From contig OZ024743.1 of the NCBI GenBank assembly GCA_964016885.1, positions 145,018,001 through 145,082,000 of the forward strand: DNA of 64,000 nucleotides. The letters run 5' to 3'. Positions within the stretch are counted from its first letter, which is position 1. Each line of letters opens with the position of its first letter. The translations under genes were made by a program, and so were the position numbers. This stretch comes from Eledone cirrhosa (lineage: Eukaryota). Positions 29,387-41,415 of this stretch are shown in pieces. A model generated the notes under the pieces. It saw nothing but the letters and a program-made list of their open reading frames with translations. It made no database searches and had not been told where the DNA came from.

Positions 29387-32087
29387 TCGTTTCTGAATTT
29401 GTTTAGCAAGATTCTTTATCTGAAAACGGGTGTTGAAACCGATATTGTTATACTTTGGGAGGGTCATGTTGCCAATAAGAAACACACGCACCAGTTGCTT
29501 TCACTTCAATTTATTATAAATTAAATTTATAAATTTAGGAATTTATAAATTTCCGGTCGGTTGGTTGGTTCCACAACCAGACAATTGTTCATATATTGTC
29601 AAAGTTCTTCCGTCACACATTCTGTGACCTCTCCAGTGACTGGGGATTCTTTTCTTTGTTTTTGTGTGTCTCCTTTGTTCTGTCCTACGCCATCTTGTTT
29701 TTATGTGTGTTCATATATATATATATATATATTTCGTTTCTGAATTTGTTTAGCAAGATTCTTTATCTGAAATCGTGTGTTGAAACCGATATTGTTATAC
29801 TTTGGGAGGGTCATGTTGCCAATAAGAAACACACGCACCAGTTGCTTTCACTTCAATTTATTATATATTTATAAATTTATAAATTTACAAATCTACAAAC
29901 TTATAAATTTCTGGTTGGTTGGTTGGTTCCACAACCAGATAGTTGTTTATATATAGTCATAGTCCTTTCGTCACACACTCTGTGACCTCTTCAGTGACTG
30001 GGGATTCCTTTCTTTGTTTCTGTGCCTTTCCTTTCTTCTGTCCTACGCCATTTTGTTTCTGTGTGTGTGTTGTGTGCTCAGTTTGCGCATGCGCCACATC
30101 CGGGTGTCTGTGTGTGTTTGTGTTCATTTATCTATTTGTTTATTTATTTATTTATTTATTGTTGGTTGGTTGTTTGTTCTATGTGTGTGTGTGTTTTCAT
30201 TTTGTCCTTAATTGTAAGTTGTGATGTTGCTGTTCCACTCATATTTTCTATTTAATTTTGGTTGTAATTCTTTTATGCTTACTGCCTCTGTAATTTGCCT
30301 AAACATTGCATCTTTTCTGTGTGTGGATTCTATTTTTATTTCTATGTTCTCTAATTTACCCCTGTGTTCTATTTTAGCATGTTGGTAGAGTACAGATGAT
30401 TCTTTACTATCTTGAAGGTCTCGCCAGTGTTCATTTATCCGTTCCCCTACACTACGAGCTGTCTCACCTATGTACACTATATTTTTGTCTCTACATTGTC
30501 CTTCAGTACATCTTATGCTATACACTACATTTCTAGTTTTACAGCTAATATGGGGGCTTATTTTACAGGTTATACATTTCTTATCTATACATGAGGGTCT
30601 TTGAAAAGGGTATGTCTTGCTAATAAGTGTTTTTACGGAGCAACAATATACGCACACACATATACAACACACATCCCAACAACAACAGACACACAGACAC
30701 AAACAACAATAACAACAACACACACATCAACAACAACAACAATAGCAACATACCCAGAAACAACAACAACAGACACGCAGACACAAACAACAATAACAAC
30801 ACACACAACAACGATAACACACACGGAGACAACAACAACACACGTCAACAACAGCACACATCAACAACAACAACACACACGCATTCAATGCCTCTCACCA
30901 CCACCACAATCTTAACAAACACACAGACACAGAAAACAAGTAATGACAGTAGCACAGAAATCAGAGAAATAAGGGAAAGTAATAAGATTAAAAGGAAAAG
31001 GAGATGGGAGAGTAAGGACAAAGAGAATAACCAAGACGAACACACAGACACACAAAATAGGGTAGATAACAACATTGAGCCAGTGGAAAGAGACAGGAGT
31101 AATTATGAGAGACATACAAACAACCATGAGGCTGTCGGTGGAAATAGAAATAGAAACAACACAACTAACAATAACAATAGCACTAGTACACATAAAGCAG
31201 CAGCCTGGAACTCTCCGTTTTATAATCCCTCCGATAAATCATTCGACCTGCGACGAGTCCACGCCACGACTTTACCATTTAACAAACACACGCAGTTGCC
31301 GTCGCAGGTCGATGAACAAACAGAAGCACAATTTAGTATAGCTAAATCCGAACTTAGAAATATTATAGAACAGTATAGCAAGAAGCATAATAGAATAGAG
31401 GCCCAGCAACTGGGAGAAAAATCTGCAAATGGCTTGCGTAAGCTCATGCAGCGCTCACGTAATGGAGAGATAGCATGCTTTCCAACAGACAAGTCTGGCA
31501 GAATGTCGGTTGACAGCCTGCCAAACTACATCCAGGCAATGCAACCCCACATCACTAACACAAGAGAGGTAACACCACAGGAGCATGAGGATAGAGAAAA
31601 AGCCCTCAATGCCCATATGGTGATGTGGACGAATATAATGCAGCCCAACAAAAGGACTGCCAACAACTTTCAGGCCTGGAACAATGAAAACACACACACA
31701 CATAGAACAAACAACCAACCAACAATAAATAAATAAATAAATAAACAAATAGATAAATGAACACAAACACACACAGACACCCGGATGTGGCGCATGCGCA
31801 AACTGAGCACACAACACACACACAGAAACAAAATGGCGTAGGACAGAAGAAAGGAAAGGCACAGAAACAAAGAAAGGAATCCCCAGTCACTGAAGAGGTC
31901 ACAGAGTGTGTGACGAAAGGACTATGACTATATATAAACAACTATCTGGTTGTGGAACCAACCAACCAACCAGAAATTTATAAGTTTGTAGATTTGTAAA
32001 TTTATAAATTTATAAATATATAATAAATTGAAGTGAAAGCAACTGGTGCGTGTGTTTCTTATTGGCAACATGACCCTCCCAAAGTAT

Positions 32088-32093
<6 letters not shown>
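29387..32093. mobile_element. Rearranged copies of the Nematis-like PLE: tandem 3' ends, inversion and internal deletion
   Basis: 29387-29710 and 29731-30638 are minus-strand 3' ends (endonuclease fragment). 30639-31687 is the plus-strand N-terminal region, fused directly to a plus-strand 3' UTR at 31683-32093. Confidence 0.9.
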
Positions 32094-32183
<90 letters not shown>

Positions 32184-32250
32184 CACGGAGGGGTACCATC
32201 GCTGAACATTAATATCGGTAAGGTTTTTTTATATCGATATTTGTCGGGCA

Positions 32251-32372
32251 TCCACTGATGATTTATAAGTGCCCACCTACATATATTCCTACGGACTATG
32301 TGTAGGCTTCTACATAACCTGGACATTATTTTCCCAATTTGTAGAAAACATATAATGAAACGAACGTTTGGA
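32251..32372 (+). ncRNA. Hammerhead with branched stem II insertion
   Basis: TCCA CTGATGA TTTATA..[cctacatata/tatgtgtagg][ttctaca/tgtagaa]..TATAAT GAAA CGAACG TT TGGA. Lies in a TA-flanked insert at 32183-32545. Confidence 0.6.
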
Positions 32373-33468
32373 AAGAGAGATTTATTTTAATTATGTCTCA
32401 TATAAAATAATACAACTGGCTATCCGCAAAATACGTATAGTTAGCACCCCAAACGTATAATTGGGATTATACTAAGGTATATCCTAATGTTTGTTGAGTG
32501 AGACGGAATCCGGTCGGAGTATTGCTTAAAGCTTTCTCTGTTAATGTATTATATATATATATATATATATATATACTTGTATATTCGTCCTTCAGTGTAA
32601 TCAGGAAGGAAAAAGAGTACTTGATACTGAAAACAGTGAATGTTGAAAATTAAACTTCGTGTTTCTGAGTTACTAAAACAAAATCTGAGAAGTGCGATAG
32701 AAAAACATTAATAGAAATACACTAATGAACAAAAAGAAAAACGAAGCGTTTGATTGGAGGCATGTGCAAAGGTCAAGTCTTATAAATAAATAAATAAATA
32801 AATAAATAGACAAATAAATAGACAATAAACGCATATGTCAACCAAGGCTAAAACCATTAGTAAAACGTCGTTCATGCTCAAATACCAAGGTACAGTTTGC
32901 ATAATTAAAGAGAGCAGTGATTTGAAAGAGCAAAATAAATTAAAGGATAGAATACATGTATACACAGACATTCAGATACGCATGCACACGCACGCACACA
33001 CACATAGACACGCGTACATACACACATATACGTGTGTGTATATGTGTGTATAGATGTGTGTGTATGTGTGTGTGTATGTATGTGTGTGTCTGTGTCTGTG
33101 TGAGTTTCATCATGACTCTATTAGTGAACTACACAATCGATAAAATACTGTCTCAGTGAAGCGCAGAATAAGAACTTAAAATCGTCGGTAGGTCATAACG
33201 GCATAGGAAATGTATGGGTAAACAATTGAAACTTCTTCAAATCATGTAATTTAAAACATAAAAATTCCTCAAAATGGGTAAATCCCCTCTTCAATGATAG
33301 AAAACATTTTCAATATGATCGCTGGTTATATTTGTTGAGTCATCTCAGCATTCAATCTCTGCCAATATTCTCAGTGATCATAGTAACAATTATTTTCAGT
33401 GCGATAATTCAACACGAACTTATTTACACTGCAGAATTAGGGATAAAGGAAGCAATGCAAATGAATGA

Positions 33469-33533
<65 letters not shown>

Positions 33534-33775
33534 AAAGAATAATGTGGTCGGCTGTACAATAGGGTTTATTCAAAGTATTAACAATTGTTTCATTAGTCCG
33601 GTGTGCCTATCTAGCTATTTATCTATCATCTATGTATGTAAATGCTTCTATAGGAAGTCTATGGATTTAATCCCACTATAATTTTCCCTATACCTGTACA
33701 GCTGTGTGTATGATTGTATGTGAGTGTATACAGCTGCTTACGGAATGAAAAGAGGAAGAAAAATAGGGCATTGTA

Positions 33776-33874
<99 letters not shown>

Positions 33875-34445
33875 ATAATTATGTGTGTGCGTGTATGTGT
33901 ACAAATATTGATGTTAAACGAATCAATCAAATGAAAATAGCAAAAAAGTCAATACACAACGAAAGCTTTTGTTCACAACCTCCAACTAAATTACATGAAA
34001 ATAAATGAAACAAAATAATTTAACAAAATAAAATAAATATGAGATATCTTTTAAATATATATTTGTTTATTATTGATGAAGAAATCAATAAGTGGTTTAT
34101 CTTTGCTTGCTTTTAATCTTTTGACGAAACAAAGTCTTAAAGTTGTAAATTTCGAGAATCTGCAATAAGATCTAATACGGAGAATTCTCTTGGTTTTCTA
34201 TTTCTTTTTTTTTTAATTATTTTACAGATTACTATTAGAAGAAAGCTGCTTCTTCACTTTCTTCCAACTGCATTATTGAAATGTTGTATTTATTATAATT
34301 TCTCTTGTTTTATTTATCTTTAATTTTTAGAATTTCGACATCTATAATGGTAACTGCTCGTATTTTGTAGTTGCATGTTAAGCTTAGTTTTTCTAGCAAA
34401 GTTGTTGATGATGAGGAGGATTGTGATGTTGTTGTTGGCAGTGGT

Positions 34446-34602
34446 GGTGGTGACAACGTCGACGATGACAATACTGATGAGGACAGCAGTTGTGTGTGTG
34501 GTGGTGACAACGTCGACGATGACAATACTGATGAGGACAGCAGTTGTGTGTGGTGGTGACAACGTCGACGATGACAATACTGATGAAGACAGCAGTTGTG
34601 TG
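34446..34602. repeat. ~53-bp minisatellite x3
   Basis: ggtggtgacaacgtcgacgatgacaatactgatgaggacagcagttgtgtgt repeated. Confidence 0.92.
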
Positions 34603-34710
34603 TCTAAGAGGGTAATATTGCTATTGCTACTGCTACTGCCAATGATGGTATATTCAAAGTGGAAATATCTGAGGGAACAGATCATGCAAAAAGTGTATAC
34701 ATACGAATTA

Positions 34711-35150
34711 TATTATAAGGGTGCGACGTTATAGCTATGTATCTATCTAAAAAGACAGACTAAGAAAGAGAGAGGAATGTCGTATAACCGGAAGTGTTGA
34801 CATTTGAAAATTTTAAAGAAGTGAATATTTAAATAAACGATAAAATATCATTAATCTTTTAACGAAATTTAGAAGACAAAAATACCCTCACTTTCTTACT
34901 TGGAAAAAGTTACATCTATGGTGCAAATTTAGTGCTTTTTGGTCCAGCCGTTTGGTGAAAAGTTTGTTACATACATACGGCCGTCAGCTTTATAATATAG
35001 ATAATATATATATAATACGACATTCCTCTCTCTTTCTTACTCTGTCATTTTAGATAGATACATAGCTATAACGTCACGCGCTTATAATATATGTCTGTAT
35101 GTCTGCCTGTCTGCATTGACTTCGCTGCTAACCAACTTTTAATTAATTAT
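34711..35150 (-). mobile_element. Helitron-like fragment (inverted copy of 14625-14915) followed by an oppositely oriented internal piece
   Basis: Reverse-complement identity to 14625-14915; 35017-35150 matches 14843-15030. Confidence 0.6.
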
Positions 35151-35180
35151 ATATATTTATGTAATTATATATTCGTGTAC

Positions 35181-35447
35181 ATATTTTCAACAGTAATACT
35201 GTACTATATATTTTCAACAGTAATACTATACTATATATTTCAACAGTAGTACTGTACTATATCTTTTCAACAGTAGTACTGTACTACATATTTTCAACAG
35301 TAATACTATACTATATATTTTTAACAGTAATACTATACTACACTATATATTTTCAACAGTAATGCTTTACTGTACTATATATTTTCAACAGTAATGCTGT
35401 ACTATATATTTTCAACATTAATACTATACTATATATTTTCGACAGTA
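35181..35447. repeat. ~25-bp AT-rich minisatellite x~10
   Basis: Units of tatattttcaacagtaatactgtac. Confidence 0.9.
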
Positions 35448-35449
35448 TC

Positions 35450-37330
35450 TCCCTTATTAAGAAGCATTTCGCCTCAGCACATACATATAATAACATTTTT
35501 AATAGAAATACCATTAAAATATCTTACTCCACGATTCCTAACCTTGCACATAACATCACTGCTTCAAATTTAGCTAAATTACCTAGCCGTAGGAACACGT
35601 GCAACCTTGTAGCTAGTACTAACTGTAATTGTAGGAATCGGGTTGACTGCCCTCTATTCGGGAAATGCCTCTCCAGTAACATTGTCTACAAATGTAAGGT
35701 CGACTAGGTAATTTAGCTAAATTTGAAGCAGAGATGTTATGTGCAAGGTTAGGAGTCGTAGAGTAAAATATTTTAATGGTATTTCTATTAAAAATGTTAT
35801 TATATTTATGTGCTGAGGGGAAATGCTTCTTAATAAGGGAGAGAAAGATCATAGCTAATGGTGTGGCCACCTCCATGTTATATGGTGGGTTATACCATAT
35901 AATGCGTCGGGATCTATTTTTCCTTGGTCTATGCTCATACTTAGTATATGCTACCTTATCGACAAATCCACTCCGAGCAAGAGCTTCATTGTAATGTGTG
36001 GAATGGTCGGTGAAATTATGCTCGTTTGTAGATAGACGGGAAAGCCTCAAAGAAACGTTTCTTACCAGGTTCTTGGTTATGCTGGCAGGATGGTGGTTAG
36101 AATGCTTACTTATGTAATTAAGCGTATCATTCGGCTTTCTATACGGGTAGTGCAAGCCATTCGACAAATTGAGGGTAACGTCGAGGTAAATTACGACCGA
36201 GGCTGTGAGTTCTTTTCTGAACCTGTCGCAAGCGTGTAGACCGCACTTTGTCAAGGTCAAAACACCGTCATCACGGTACCAACCACCGCCCACATTGTGG
36301 ATTTCTTCCTTGATAGAGAAAAGAAGGAAAAGGCCGATAAGATCAGTAACCTCCGCCGAATCGCTGGCGCCCATACTCACGTCGAAAGGGGTACCATTAG
36401 ATTTTTTAATCCAAATAGAGTCGTCGAAATTAATCACCGACTTACGGGCATTGAGGGTGACATCAACTTCGAAATCCTTAACGATCGTGAGCGTTTTAGC
36501 GAAATTGATAGCTCTAAGAAGTGGTAAAGCGATGTCGAATTGGATAAAACGGCAATGTTCCTTGTTGCATATGCCATTGAACCAATCAATCACCGCGAAA
36601 GAATTGTTCCACAGTGCAAGAGGGACCAAGCTTCTAATTTCAGGTATAATTCTATCTAAAATCCTTTTACTAAGTCTACCTAAATCGGACTTCGTAGGGT
36701 TTTAATAAGCCGAATAGAGGGGCTGTTGGCGAAATTGGGTTTGTGATCCTTCAGGGTAAAGTGGGGAGAAATAGGGTCCAGAGGTTCAGTCCGGTCCTGG
36801 ATGTTGAGTTCAGAGGTGATTTTAAACCCAGCATCGTTGATGTCGTTAATGACACTTCGATTAGTTTTCCGGTATTCTTTAGTTACAGTATTATGTAGCA
36901 GTTGATGGTAAGTACTGCGCTCCACTTGATATAGATTGCCAGTTTTGACGAAGTGAACGTGCACGGCATTAAAATCCTGAATGGAACGAATTCTATTCTT
37001 CAGGTCCTGCTGGAAGGAATTGCTCCTATTCCGAAATTTGATACTCCGTATGAGTTCCAAGACATCGTTTTCGAAGGGTAGCAATGCTGGGTTACTCGGA
37101 GGGTTATTATAAGTTTTAAACCCAAATTTATCCAAATTTTAAGTAAAGAATCGCTGCTTTCACCCTTAACGGGATCTTCTGAAACTAAAAAAATCAATCT
37201 GTGAACGCAGAAGTAAATAATCCGTGTTAACGACAAGGAGATAAGGGGGAACAAGCATTTGGTCAAGAAGCGCAGCCAAAAAGTCAGCCTGTCCCATCCA
37301 CCCGACGTCATGAAAAACAAACATCTATAT
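35450..37330 (-). mobile_element. Naiad-like PLE reverse transcriptase remnant with upstream hammerhead and a terminal inversion
   Basis: Motifs FGFKT..PP..FEND, TLKDHKPNF, FIQFDI, FDVSMGASDSAEV, YRDDG, YLDVTL, PYRKPND, IIWYNPPY and IFNRNTIK. 35450-35587 is an inverted copy of about 35704-35840. Confidence 0.85.
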
Positions 37331-37838
37331 ACGGTCTAGTGCCGTACAATTGGACTCAAATCGCACAGTGTGGAACGGGCGACCGAGTCCTAAGTCCAAT
37401 GATGTGTATATAGTCGCCTTCAGATGTGTGTGTGTGCACTGCTGAATGGACAGTTGGCCGGCTCGTAGCTGATAAATCACTTTTCTGTGATCATGATTCT
37501 TTGGTACGATTCTTTTATATGTGATCGACGCCAATTCTATACTATGGTCGTCTGAAGGTCACAAAAACATGCCTGAGGTAGTAATACACACACACAAATT
37601 CTTACATACCTTCTCGATAAATATAATTCGACCCTTTCCACCATTATTTTATTTAGATAGATACATTTGAATAGATACATTCAGAATAGATACATTTTAC
37701 CACACATGTAGACTCACACATACGTATGAACAATCACTAAGCCAGTTATGTATACACACAACCACACACAGACACTACCTCAACAAACCAGATACTTTCG
37801 TAAATAATGTATGCTCTTATTTGGATTAACTAATTGAT

Positions 37839-37931
37839 ACTTCCTGATGAAACAGTTTTTTTCACCGCCAACGCATCTACGATTCAGTCTGAAACTAACT
37901 ATTGAAACGGCAAGAGCTCAGCCGTCGGGGG
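37839..37931 (+). ncRNA. Hammerhead with long stem II and full stem III
   Basis: CTTC CTGATGA AACAGTT...AACTATT GAAA CGGC AAGAGCTCA GCCG TC GGGG. The 3' half recurs at about 28450, 51057, 51200 (-), 56912 (-), 56964 and 61298. Confidence 0.6.
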
Positions 37932-38021
37932 CCCGACTCTTTCATATAACGATACTCTACTACCCAAGTATCGAGTTGTCTGGTGAGTAATGGTCTAAGC
38001 AGTTTCTTACTGTATCCATTG

Positions 38022-38112
<91 letters not shown>

Positions 38113-38205
38113 ACCAAAGATTAATATGGTTCATTGATTACTCAATGAATATAGTTTTACAATAGGTTAAAAGCACTCTACAATGAAGTTTTCTGAAGTT
38201 ATTAA

Positions 38206-38544
38206 TATTATTCAAAATATTAATAAATGAAGACATTCACATAATCAAAATATGTTTTATTATATATATTTCGAAGGTACTGTGCTGTTTTTTTCAGTAC
38301 GTCCTCGTCAGATAAAATACATGAATTGATGGATGACATACCTCAACGGTCTTGATGGTTCAATTCTGACTGCCAATACGGGAATTGAACCATCAAGACC
38401 GTTGAGGTATGTCATCCATCAATTCATGTATTTTATCTGACGAGGACGTACTGAAAAAAACAGCACAGTACCTTCGAAATATATATAATAAAACATATAT
38501 TTTGATTATGTGAATGTCTTCATTTATTAATATTTTGAATAATA
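38206..38544. mobile_element. Fold-back element (~160-bp arms, 15-nt loop) with a hammerhead in each arm
   Basis: Arms 38206-38366 and 38382-38544. HHR TTTTAT CTGACGA G..GTACTG/CAGTAC..C GAAA TATATA TA ATAAAA at 38431-38493 (+) and 38255-38317 (-). Confidence 0.88.
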
Positions 38545-38859
38545 TATATATTTATATATATAAGAGAGTGAGATAGAAGGGGAGGGAGAGGTAAAAATCC
38601 AACCGCGGCGAAAGCGGTTTCGGCTTGTATTCGCCTTAAAAAGACTTGTCGAATACAAGCCTAAACTGCTTGGCGTTGAGGGTATGTTTTTACCTTCCTC
38701 TATACTCACTTCGCTTCTTCCCATGCATAGTGTACTCCCCTGATTTATAGTTTCCCCGGTATCAGTATCGCACTCTCTCTCTCGCTCCCTCTCTCTCTCT
38801 CTTTCTCTCTCACTATCACTCTCTCTCTCTCTCACTATCACTCTCTTTCTCTCTCACTA

Positions 38860-38936
<77 letters not shown>

Positions 38937-38939
<3 letters not shown>

Positions 38940-40411
38940 CTGGCCCGTCGGGCTGGCACCCGGCTACTAGGTATACCTGCCCTCACCACTCCACTGAAAA
39001 GATACCACACACCCTCCCATGTCACATTGTCCTTCCGACTTCCTAGCAAAGGGGAGGAGCTACCGTATAAATCGGCCAACTGTTCCCATCACGTGTGCTT
39101 GGAGCATGCCTGTGCGTGTATACGCAGCGTGTGTATGTACTACCCAGTGGGTGTACGTGTGCAGAGGCACAGACAAACCGACAATTCGGTCTCACAACTG
39201 TGTATTGGCTGNNNNNNNNNNNNNNNNNNNNNNNNNNNNNNNNNNNNNNNNNNNNNNNNNNNNNNNNNNNNNNNNNNNNNNNNNNNNNNNNNNNNNNNNN
39301 NNNNNNNNNNNNNNNNNNNNNNNNNNNNNNNNNNNNNNNNNNNNNNNNNNNNNNNNNNNNNNNNNNNNNNNNNNNNNNNNNNNNNNNNNNNNNNNNNNNN
39401 NNNNNNNNNNNAGAGAGAGAGAGAGAGTCGGAAGGACAATGTGACACGGGAGGGTGTGTGGTATCTTTGCAGTGGAGTGGTGGGGGGCAGGTATACCTAG
39501 CCGGGTGCCAGCCGGACGGGCCAACTAGTCTATAATATTATAAAGCTGAGCGACGTGTGTATGTGTTATGTATGTATCCTACACAACTCCCTATAGTTTC
39601 TTAGCTTTACTCTCTCAGTCACTCTTCTCTCTCTCTATAATAGATCATCCCCCCTCTCTATAATTTAACTGCTTTTCTCTCTCTATCGCTCTTCACTCTC
39701 TATATGACAACACTGTTTTAGTTTCCGTATCTCCCTTCAATCATCTGTTTAGTTTCCGTATCTCCCTTCAATCATCTGTCGTCGCTCACATAAGTAACAC
39801 ACACACACAAATACACATACTTTCAAACCTGATTTCGCCAATTGCCGGATAACATCAAAACAAAACACACAGACACACATGCACATGCACACATGCACAT
39901 AAACACATACACAAACACACATACACATACACATACACAAACACACACACATATCTATACTTATAAAGCTGACGGTCGTCATGAGTCCTCATCTGCTGAA
40001 GGCGACGTTCATCTCGACTGGCTGTTGCATGAGTCCTCATCTGCTGAAGGCGAGGCTGCGCTGCTCTTGAGACTCACTTACTCGACTGGCTGTTGCATAA
40101 CTCCGCATCTGCTGAAGGCGAGACTGGCGCTGTTTTTGAGACTCGACTACTCGACTGGCTCTTGGATGAGTCCTCATCTGCTAAAGGCGACGTTCATGGT
40201 CGTCCCCAGACTGTGCTGATGTAGTATAATTTTTTCTTCTGGTTTTACCAAAAAGTGTGTGGGATACATACATTATTGTTGACAGAATTTGAAGGAGGTT
40301 ATCCTTTTGAAATAAACATACATACGACGCTCCGGAAAGTAAAAGAGTGTTGTCATATAGAGAGTGAAGAGAGACAGAGAGTAAAGCAGTTAAATTAGAG
40401 AGATGCTGAAA

Positions 40412-40470
<59 letters not shown>

Positions 40471-40660
40471 CGCTCAGCTTTTTAATATTAGAGACTGAAG
40501 AGCGACAGAGAGAGTAAAGCAGTTAAATTATAGAGAGGAGGAATGATCTATTATAGAGAAAGGAAAGAGCGACGGAGAGAGTAAAGCTAAGAAACTATAG
40601 GGAGGTATGTAGGATACATACATAATACATACACACGACACTCAGCTTTATAATATTATA
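38937..40660. mobile_element. Cluster of non-autonomous Helitron-like ends in inverted and head-to-tail arrangement around the assembly gap
   Basis: GC-rich hairpin plus CTAG at 39501-39528, followed by TCTATAATATTATAAAGCTGA. Reverse 3' end at 38937-39041 and reverse 5' part at 40345-40660. Confidence 0.55.
39212..39411. other. Assembly gap (200 N)
   Basis: Direct reading. Confidence 1.
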
Positions 40661-40821
40661 TATATATATATATATAGTGTTTGAAAAGGAGGTCAAGTAT
40701 GTTATAAATAGTTGCTCCGAAGAATCCAAACCTCGGTTTGGAGGAAACAATTGTAAGCAAATAAATGACTTAAACTGAACTTTGATTACTGTAATCTCTC
40801 TCTATATATATACATACATAC

Positions 40822-41396
40822 ATGGTGGCTGCCAACTCCTTTTCGAGTACGGCCACTACTTTATATCCATGAAGGAGAACCCCTACCGATGCGCTGAACG
40901 AGTGTGACTTTTTAGTCCAGCCAGCGACTTGAAAACTCTGGTACAAACACTACACCTGTGACAATTATTGACACATAGTGCTGGGCCCATGGTACCATGT
41001 GATGACAAGTGCAGAGAGATCTCCAGATATAAAGCAATGCATGTGCCGTGAAGCTTTTATAGTGAGCAAAGGCACTGCACAAAGCCAATCCCACTCTCTT
41101 AACCAAGATGATATTTACCAAAAAGAAGAACAAGTCAACATCATTGGATACCATCAGGGTTGCAGGTGTTATATCAGAGTTTTCCTTCTCCTAGAATTCT
41201 GCCTTGACAAAGGCTAATGGGTCATCTCTCCCGGTGATTTTGGATGGCCATTGACTCTTAAGAGCTCCTTTGCCCTTTGACAGGTTTTGTTTTTAGTCCT
41301 GCAGGATGTCCAAAGTCATCCTCCTCACCAAGAAACCTTGGTGGGGTTGCCAGTTTAGTCGCCAACGACCCGACCATGAGACAGGTTGTACTGGGA
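40822..41396 (-). mobile_element. Longest copy of the bipartite non-autonomous RTE element (RTE 5' UTR-like part fused to RTE 3' end)
   Basis: The 3' ~170 bp match LINE 41416-41592. The remainder carries GGAGAAGGAAAACTCTGA (an RTE 5' UTR-type motif) and the hairpin caccaag/cttggtg. TACA on both sides. Confidence 0.8.
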
Positions 41397-41415
41397 TACA
41401 TACATACATACATAC

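Noticed and set aside
34446-34602. CTGATGAGGAC in a 3x repeat, as a possible tandem hammerhead or CRISPR-like array
   Set aside because: There is no GAAA or stem III and no unique spacers; it is a plain minisatellite.
35181-35447. 25-bp repeat array resembling CRISPR
   Set aside because: The units are contiguous with no spacers, there are no cas genes, and the context is eukaryotic.
39019-39535. ORFs spanning the N run
   Set aside because: Artefacts of the assembly gap.
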